This document shows positions 57,519-64,000 of a DNA stretch of 64,000 bases, in pieces. The stretch lies in contig CAKOXW010000001.1 in assembly GCA_934130375.1 (NCBI GenBank), positions 136,067 through 200,066 on the forward strand. Reading direction: 5' to 3'. The notes under the pieces were generated by a model. It had not been told where the DNA came from, searched no databases, and worked only from the letters and a program-made list of their open reading frames with translations. The position numbers were made by a program, and so were the translations under genes. The DNA comes from an uncultured Bacilli bacterium. Lineage in GTDB: Bacteria; Bacillota_I; Bacilli_A; RF39; UBA660. Numbering within the stretch: position 1 is the stretch's first letter; the number at the start of each line of letters is the position of its first letter.

Positions 57519-59420
57519 ATGTTTTCTAAGGAACTTAATAAGCGTATTAAAATAATTATATTGATTGTGTCTTTTTTATTTATTTTAGTTATATTAAAAG
57601 TTGGTTATATACAAATAGTTGAATATAAAAAATTGAATTCTAAGGCAACAAGTCTATGGAGTAGAAATTTACCTATTGAAGCATCTCGTGGTCTTATATA
57701 TGATGCAAATAATTTAATTATTGCTGATAATATAACTACTACTTCTTTAGTTATTATTCCTAATCAAATTAAAGATAAAGAAAGTGTTGCTAAAGATTTA
57801 AGTGAAATACTTAATGTGAGTTATGATGAAATGTATAAGCATGTTTCTAAGAAAACATCTATTGAAAGAGTGCATCCTGAAGGTAGAAGATTATCATACG
57901 AGATTGCTGATAAGATTAGTGCCCTTAATTATGATGGAGTTTATCTACTTAAGGAAAGTAAGAGATATTATCCCTATGATACTTTATTATCACATGTAAT
58001 TGGGTACGTTGGTATAGACAATCAAGGTTTAAGTGGACTTGAACTTGAGTATGATGATTATTTAACTGGTAGTTATGGTTCAATTAAGTATTTTAGTGAT
58101 GCAAAAGGTAATAGACTTAATATGAGTGAAGTATATGAACAACCTAGTAATGGTATGAATTTACAATTAACTATCAATCTTGAAATACAAAAATCTATTG
58201 AAAGAGAACTTGATAATGTAGTTACAAAATACAATCCCGATAATGCTTTAATATTAGTTATGAATCCTAATAATGGTGAAATATTGGGTATGGCATCAAG
58301 GCCAACTTTTTCTCCTACAAATTATAAAAATTATACTATTGAACAAATCAATAGAAATTTACCTATTTGGATGACTTATGAGCCAGGTTCAACTTTTAAA
58401 ATTATTACTTTGGCAGCATCCTTAAATGAACATGTAGTTGATTTAGATAACGAAACTTTTTATGATGGTGGTTCTATTCAAGTTGAAAATGCTAGAATTA
58501 AATGCTGGAAAGCAGGTGGGCATGGGCATCAAACTTATTTACAAGTAGTTGAGAATTCCTGCAACCCAGGATTTGTTACATTGGGTCAAAGACTAGGCAA
58601 AGAAAAATTATTTAGTTATATTAGAAATTTTGGTTTTGGTTCAAAAACTGGTATTGATTTAAATGGAGAAACATCTGGAATATTATTTAATCTAGATAAA
58701 GTAGGACCTGTTGAACTTGCAACTACTGCTTTTGGGCAAGGTGTATCAGTTACTCCAATACAACAAATTACAGCAGTCTCTGCAGCAATCAATGGTGGTA
58801 ATTTGTATAAACCATATGTAGTTAAAAGAATACTTGAACCTGTTACTAATAATATTATTAAAGAAAATACACCTACATTAGTGCGAAATGTAATTGATAG
58901 TGATACATCAAAAGAAGTAAGAAGAGCACTTGAAAGTGTTGTTGCAAATGGAACAGGTAGAAATGCTTATATAGAAGGTCATAGTGTAGGTGGAAAAACT
59001 GGTACTGCACAAAAAGTTAATAATGGTGCTTACATGATAGGTAATTATATAGTATCTTTTATAGGTTTTACTCCAGTTTCTCATCCAGAAGTGGTAGTAT
59101 ATATTGCGATAGACTATCCAAAAGGTATTGTTCAGTATGGTGGTACAGTTGCCGCACCAGTAGCTAAAAGTGTACTTACTGATTGTATAAATATTTTAAA
59201 TCTTGAAAAAGATGATGTTAAAGATAAGAATTATAATTGGAACGAAGTAAAGTATGAGAAGGTTCCTAATGTAGTAAATATGACTAAAGATGAAGCGTTA
59301 AAGGTACTTAGCAAGTTCAAGGTTATTACTGAGGGTAATGGTAATATAGTAGTTGACCAATCTCCTAATTATAATGATAAAGTAAAAGTAGGTGAAGAGG
59401 TAAGAATATATTTAAAGTAA
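57519..59420 (+). CDS. Class B penicillin-binding protein (PBP2B/SpoVD-like transpeptidase) with C-terminal PASTA domain
   Basis: N-terminal TM, GSTFKIITLAASL (SxxK), ENSCNPGF (SxN), GGKTGTAQ (KTG), C-terminal PASTA. Confidence 0.85.
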   Translation: MFSKELNKRIKIIILIVSFLFILVILKVGYIQIVEYKKLNSKATSLWSRNLPIEASRGLIYDANNLIIADNITTTSLVIIPNQIKDKESVAKDLSEILNVSYDEMYKHVSKKTSIERVHPEGRRLSYEIADKISALNYDGVYLLKESKRYYPYDTLLSHVIGYVGIDNQGLSGLELEYDDYLTGSYGSIKYFSDAKGNRLNMSEVYEQPSNGMNLQLTINLEIQKSIERELDNVVTKYNPDNALILVMNPNNGEILGMASRPTFSPTNYKNYTIEQINRNLPIWMTYEPGSTFKIITLAASLNEHVVDLDNETFYDGGSIQVENARIKCWKAGGHGHQTYLQVVENSCNPGFVTLGQRLGKEKLFSYIRNFGFGSKTGIDLNGETSGILFNLDKVGPVELATTAFGQGVSVTPIQQITAVSAAINGGNLYKPYVVKRILEPVTNNIIKENTPTLVRNVIDSDTSKEVRRALESVVANGTGRNAYIEGHSVGGKTGTAQKVNNGAYMIGNYIVSFIGFTPVSHPEVVVYIAIDYPKGIVQYGGTVAAPVAKSVLTDCINILNLEKDDVKDKNYNWNEVKYEKVPNVVNMTKDEALKVLSKFKVITEGNGNIVVDQSPNYNDKVKVGEEVRIYLK

Positions 59421-59452
59421 TATGTGTTGTTTATTTTTATAAAAAAAGAATG

Positions 59453-60352
59453 CTATTTTTGCATTCTATATTCTTTAGTAATGATACTAGGGTTACAGAT
59501 TATAACTGTTGTACCTGGTTTAATAATATTATCATTTTCATCTAATTGAGAAGGTGTTGTGTAGTCCCATATTTGTTTTACAACATCAAGTGGAACATTA
59601 ACACATCCATGTGAACCATTGTATAAATTTATATTAGTACCATTTTGGTCTTGGCCAAATGAATTTCTTGTTTGCATATCATGTATACCATATGCATTAT
59701 TAGTAAGTATTTTATTATAATCATCTTCAGTTGCTTCATTTGTAAAGTTAATCCAATAATCAACGGGTACTTTGTATGAATTGTTTCTACCAATTAAGTA
59801 TGTATTTAAAGTTTTATATTTTACATTAAATATACCAGTTGGAGTAGGTGAATTAGGAGATCCTGTCACAACACTACCTTGTAATTCTATAACTTCATTA
59901 TTTTTAATACTTATAGTTTGATTATCAAGGTTAATTACTACAACATCATCTGGTTCATAAAATAGGTTACTTGTATTTACAAAACCTTCAGTATATATAT
60001 CATTATAATGACATGAAATATATGAATTATTTCCATATTCTTTTAATACTTCACATCTCATATTAGCGCCTATAAAACCAATATCATTACCATCTTTATC
60101 ATATAATGTAGTATCATTTTTTAAATAAGCATACTTTGCTTCCATAGTAGGTTCTTGTGTTTCAACTACTAAATCTGGTGTATTAGTTGGTATGATAGTT
60201 TCAATTGTTTGTGTATTAACTGGTTCATCAATATAAATTACTTCACAATCATCCATAGTAAAATGTTCTACTATTTTACCTGATGAAATTAATAAACCAT
60301 ATGATAATAATGCACTTAAAATTAGTGCTTTTCTTCCGTTATTTTTCTTCAT
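59453..60352 (-). CDS. L,D-transpeptidase (YkuD domain) with N-terminal anchor
   Basis: TPTGIFNV...IHD...GSHGCVNV catalytic His/Cys motif. Confidence 0.7.
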   Translation of the reverse strand: MKKNNGRKALILSALLSYGLLISSGKIVEHFTMDDCEVIYIDEPVNTQTIETIIPTNTPDLVVETQEPTMEAKYAYLKNDTTLYDKDGNDIGFIGANMRCEVLKEYGNNSYISCHYNDIYTEGFVNTSNLFYEPDDVVVINLDNQTISIKNNEVIELQGSVVTGSPNSPTPTGIFNVKYKTLNTYLIGRNNSYKVPVDYWINFTNEATEDDYNKILTNNAYGIHDMQTRNSFGQDQNGTNINLYNGSHGCVNVPLDVVKQIWDYTTPSQLDENDNIIKPGTTVIICNPSIITKEYRMQK

Positions 60353-60500
60353 AAATAAATTCCCCCTCTTTTTTATGGCTTATATTATACACATTTTCTA
60401 ATTTTTGTCAAATTTGCTAGGGTATTTACATATTATTAAATAAAAGAGTTTTAATTAATAAAATATTATAGTATAATTGTTTTGTTATGGAGATGATTAA

Positions 60501-61493
60501 ATGTTAATTTTAGCAAAGTCAGTATTATCATTAATGATTGGTTTTTTAGCGTCTTTAGTACTTGGTTTAATAATAGTGCCAATTTTAAGAAGAACACATA
60601 TCAATCAAAATGTCAGTATATATTTAAAAGATGCTCATAAGAAAAAGGATGGAACTCCTACTATGGGTGGAATTATATTTATAATTGGAACTTTTTTATC
60701 TATTATAGCCCTTCTTTTTATGAAAAAAATAGATTTTTCACCTAATTTATTTATAACATTATTTGTATTTGTATCTTATGCTTTAATTGGATTTTTAGAT
60801 GATTATTTAAGTGTTAAGAGGAAAACTAATATTGGGCTTACAACAATTCAAAAGTTATTTTTGCAATTGATTGTTGCGGTAGTATTTTTCTATATTTATA
60901 TGAAGAGTGGTAATGATCCAGTTTTAGAGATTTATACATTAAATATAAAGATAAATATGGGTTGGTTTTATGGAATATTTATATTATTTGTATTATTAGC
61001 AGGTTCAAATGCAGTTAATTTAACAGATGGACTTGATGGTCTTGCTGCTTCACTTTCTTTAATAGCGTTTTTAGCACTTGGTATTATCGCTTGGGGTTCA
61101 GGATGGGTATCTGGTTATCAAGATTTAGCAATATTTTGTTTTATATTAGTCGGATCTTTATTTGGATTTCTATTATTCAATACATATCCAGCAAAAGTAT
61201 TCATGGGTGATACTGGTTCACTTGCACTTGGTGCGACACTTGCAACTTTAGCAATATTAACTGACCATGAATTAACACTTCTATTTGTAATGGGTGTATT
61301 TGTGCTTGAAACATTATCAGTAATAATTCAAGTAATATCAGTAAAATTATTTCATAAAAAAGTATTTTTAATGACACCACTTCATCATCACTTTGAAAAA
61401 CTAGGTTATGCGGAACCTGATATAGTAAAAGGTTTCTTAGTAGTTGGTTTCTTACTTGCAATGGCAGGTATAGCATTTGGAGTGTGGATTTAA
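60501..61493 (+). CDS. mraY: Phospho-N-acetylmuramoyl-pentapeptide transferase
   Basis: TPTMGG, NAVNLTDGLDGLA, MGDTGSLALG motifs. Confidence 0.95.
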   Translation: MLILAKSVLSLMIGFLASLVLGLIIVPILRRTHINQNVSIYLKDAHKKKDGTPTMGGIIFIIGTFLSIIALLFMKKIDFSPNLFITLFVFVSYALIGFLDDYLSVKRKTNIGLTTIQKLFLQLIVAVVFFYIYMKSGNDPVLEIYTLNIKINMGWFYGIFILFVLLAGSNAVNLTDGLDGLAASLSLIAFLALGIIAWGSGWVSGYQDLAIFCFILVGSLFGFLLFNTYPAKVFMGDTGSLALGATLATLAILTDHELTLLFVMGVFVLETLSVIIQVISVKLFHKKVFLMTPLHHHFEKLGYAEPDIVKGFLVVGFLLAMAGIAFGVWI

Positions 61494-62584
61494 TGAAGAA
61501 TAAAAATATAGATTTGGTTTTACTAATTTCTGTAATTGCGATATCTATATTTGGAATAATAATGATTTATTCATCTTCAAATATTTGGGCAGAATATAAG
61601 TTTAATGATGCTTTTAAATATTTAAAGATGCAGGGACTATTTTTAATAGTTGGAATTGTACTAATGATTATAATATCAAAAATACCTTATAAGTACTATT
61701 TGGACAAAGCAAATATCATACTAGTTATTTGTTTTGCCCTTTTAATTTTAGTTCTTATTCCAGGTATAGGTAAGATTAGAAATGGTAGTAGAAGTTGGTT
61801 TGGAGTAGGAGGACTTGGTATTCAACCTTCTGAGTTTATGAAACTTTCTTTAATAATATTTATATCTAAGTATTTGCATAAAAATGAAAGAAATAATATT
61901 AGTATTAAAAAAGATATATTACCTATATTATTTATAACTCTTTTAACTTTTGGTTTAATAATGTTACAACCTGATTTTGGTACGGGTGTAATAATTGTTA
62001 TGAGTATAATTGGAATATTATTTATATCTGGTTTAAAGATGAAATTCTTTATTATAGCAGGTTTAGTTGGTGTAGTTGGTGCGGTTGTGCTTATATTGAT
62101 AGCGCCTTATAGATTTGAGCGAATTCTATCATTTATTAATCCATGGGTTGACCCTTTAGGTACTGGGTTCCAGGCAATACAAAGTTTGTTTGCGATTGGG
62201 CCAGGGGGTTTACTTGGTTTAGGACTTGGTAATTCTATTCAAAAGCATTTCTATTTACCAGAACCTCAGACTGATTTTATATTTGCAATTATAAGTGAGG
62301 AATTTGGATTTTTAGGCGTTTTGATAGTGTCAGCATTGTTTTTAACAATTATATATAGAGGTATGAAGATATCTTTAAATGCGAAAGATTTATTTTCAAA
62401 GTATTTATCCTTTGGTATTACATTTTCACTAGCATTTCAAGCACTTCTAAATCTTATGGTAGTAGTATCCTTAATTCCAATAACTGGAGTGACTTTGCCT
62501 TTCCTTTCTTATGGTGGGTCTAGTTTGCTTATAACTTTATGTAGTATGGGTATACTATTAAATATAAGTAGATTTCAAAAATAA
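61493..62584 (+). CDS. ftsW: SEDS family peptidoglycan glycosyltransferase (FtsW/SpoVE/RodA)
   Basis: 10-TM SEDS protein with QPSEFMK, PDFGT, LPEPQTDFIFA motifs. ATG overlaps the mraY stop (TAATG). Confidence 0.85.
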   Translation: MKNKNIDLVLLISVIAISIFGIIMIYSSSNIWAEYKFNDAFKYLKMQGLFLIVGIVLMIIISKIPYKYYLDKANIILVICFALLILVLIPGIGKIRNGSRSWFGVGGLGIQPSEFMKLSLIIFISKYLHKNERNNISIKKDILPILFITLLTFGLIMLQPDFGTGVIIVMSIIGILFISGLKMKFFIIAGLVGVVGAVVLILIAPYRFERILSFINPWVDPLGTGFQAIQSLFAIGPGGLLGLGLGNSIQKHFYLPEPQTDFIFAIISEEFGFLGVLIVSALFLTIIYRGMKISLNAKDLFSKYLSFGITFSLAFQALLNLMVVVSLIPITGVTLPFLSYGGSSLLITLCSMGILLNISRFQK

Positions 62585-62634
62585 TTGACAAACAAATGTT
62601 TGAGTAGTATACTTAATATGGTTGTGGTGGTTGT

Positions 62635-64000
62635 ATGAATAGAGTGTACGCATGTATTGATTTAAAGAGTTTTTATGCATCGGTTGAGTGTATGGAAAGA
62701 GGTCTTGATCCTCTTAGTACAAATTTAGTTGTTGCAGATACATCTAGAACAGAAAAGACCGTGTGTCTTGCAATAACACCTTCTTTAAAACAATATGGAC
62801 TAAGTGGTAGGGCAAGATTATTTGAAGTAATTAAGAAGGTAAATGATATTAATTATAAGAGAAGAAAAAATAATAATTATAAATCTTTTACCGGTAAATC
62901 TTACGATGATAATGAACTTAAGAATAATAAAAATTTGGAACTATCTTATATAGCGGCACCACCACAAATGAAAAAATATATGAAGTATAGTACTGATATT
63001 TATAAGATATATCTAAAGTATATTGCACCTGAAGATATTTTTTCATATTCTATTGATGAAGTATTTTGTGATATTACAAGTTATTTAAATACATATAAAT
63101 TAACTCCTAAGGAACTTATTTCTAAAATTATTAAAGATGTTTATAATACAACTGGTATAACAGCAACATCTGGAATTGGTACGAATATGTTTTTAGCAAA
63201 GATTGCAATGGATATTGTTGCAAAACATACTGATGCGGATGAATATGGTGTGAGAATTGCCCAGTTAGATGAGATTGGTTATAGAAAATTATTATGGGAG
63301 CATAAGCCTTTAACTGATTTTTGGAGAATGGGACCAGGAATTACTAAAAAGTTAGAGAAGTATAGTATGTATACTATGGGTGATATAGCAAGGATGTCTT
63401 TAATTAATGAGGATTTATTATATAAATTATTTGGTGTGAATGCAGAATTAATTATTGATCATGCATGGGGATATGAACCAACTACAATTAAAGAAGTAAA
63501 AGAATATAAACCGAAGAGTAATAGTATTTCATCTGGTCAAGTACTGCATTGTCCATATAAATATGATAAGACTAAGTTAATTATAAAAGAGATGATTGAT
63601 AATATTTCCTTAGATTTAGTTAGTAAGCACAAAATTACTGATACTTTGACGCTTACTATTAATTATGATTATGAAATGAACGTAGATTATAATGGTCCAA
63701 GGGCATTTGACCATTATGGCAGATGTGTGCCAAAGAGTGCTCATGGTAGTATTAAACTTCCTTATAAAACTTCATCTGTAGTAGTTTTAATGAGAAAAGT
63801 ACTTGAGTTATATGATAAGATTATTAATAAGAATTTATATGTTAGAAAGATTACTATAAGTGCGTGTGATTTAACTTGTGATGATAATCTAAATAATCAA
63901 GTATGTTCTTTCCAACTTGATTTGTTTAATGATAATAGTTTTGAAAATGAGATTGATAAGAAAAATCAAGAGAATGAGTTAAAGTTAGAGAAAACTATAT
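62635..64000 (+). CDS. Y-family DNA polymerase (UmuC/DinB/UvrX-like), partial; continues past window end
   Basis: Not in ORF track (no stop within the window). MNRVYACIDLKSFYASVECMERGLDPLSTNLVVAD is a typical Y-family N-terminus. Confidence 0.75.
   Translation, partial: MNRVYACIDLKSFYASVECMERGLDPLSTNLVVADTSRTEKTVCLAITPSLKQYGLSGRARLFEVIKKVNDINYKRRKNNNYKSFTGKSYDDNELKNNKNLELSYIAAPPQMKKYMKYSTDIYKIYLKYIAPEDIFSYSIDEVFCDITSYLNTYKLTPKELISKIIKDVYNTTGITATSGIGTNMFLAKIAMDIVAKHTDADEYGVRIAQLDEIGYRKLLWEHKPLTDFWRMGPGITKKLEKYSMYTMGDIARMSLINEDLLYKLFGVNAELIIDHAWGYEPTTIKEVKEYKPKSNSISSGQVLHCPYKYDKTKLIIKEMIDNISLDLVSKHKITDTLTLTINYDYEMNVDYNGPRAFDHYGRCVPKSAHGSIKLPYKTSSVVVLMRKVLELYDKIINKNLYVRKITISACDLTCDDNLNNQVCSFQLDLFNDNSFENEIDKKNQENELKLEKTI

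Noticed and set aside
62618-62637. Mini-ORF ATG GTT GTG GTG GTT GTA TGA (MVVVVV) overlapping the Y-family polymerase start
   Set aside because: Most likely just the G/T-rich RBS region (GGTGG) of the polymerase gene. There is no evidence for a regulatory uORF.
1-64000. Searched for an IS/transposase, integrase, rRNA, or additional tRNA
   Set aside because: None found by eye. The only RNA gene supported is tRNA-Met at 42899-42975.

Overview
This is a strongly AT-rich (by eye well under 35% GC) chromosomal segment from a low-GC Firmicute, probably a spore-forming Clostridia-like organism: it carries a SigF/SigG-type sigma factor and a CotF-like coat protein. Most of the window is densely packed housekeeping operons. 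These include rimP-nusA-ylxR-infB-rbfA; infC-rpmI-rplT with an L20-type leader attenuator; def; mutS; nusB; ppa-dut; rpmB (missed by the ORF track); dnaE; and a GyrB/ParE-family topoisomerase subunit. Others are rnhC, cvpA, trxA, and a partial cell-wall/division cluster (class B PBP, mraY, ftsW) followed by a partial Y-family DNA polymerase. Accessory content comprises a BceRS-BceAB-type peptide-antibiotic resistance module, a second OmpR-type two-component system, an AbiEi/AbiEii (type IV TA/Abi) pair, a tRNA-Met followed by a LysR/PHP pair, and an unusual HD (dNTP-triphosphohydrolase-like) + CYTH fusion protein. The most striking feature is a three-member family of modular type IV pilin-like proteins. 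Each has a prepilin N-terminus G|FTLVE and a conserved ~110-aa pilin module. Two have BspA-type leucine-rich-repeat C-terminal modules; the third has a GC-richer, Cys-rich module. Two of the three sit behind near-identical ~520-bp 5' cassettes (leader + promoter + N-terminal coding). Each cassette contains a 9-G homopolymer, very unusual in this AT-rich background, lying exactly between a TTGCCA -35-like and a TATAAT -10-like hexamer. This looks like a candidate slipped-strand phase-variable adhesin/pilus system. A 20-nt motif (consensus rTGTATTCTTGGGCTTAAGTA) recurs five times immediately downstream of AT-rich terminators of plus-strand genes. Three of these copies sit ahead of the pilin-like genes, the last two merging into the cassette. 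No CRISPR array, rRNA or IS transposase was seen.
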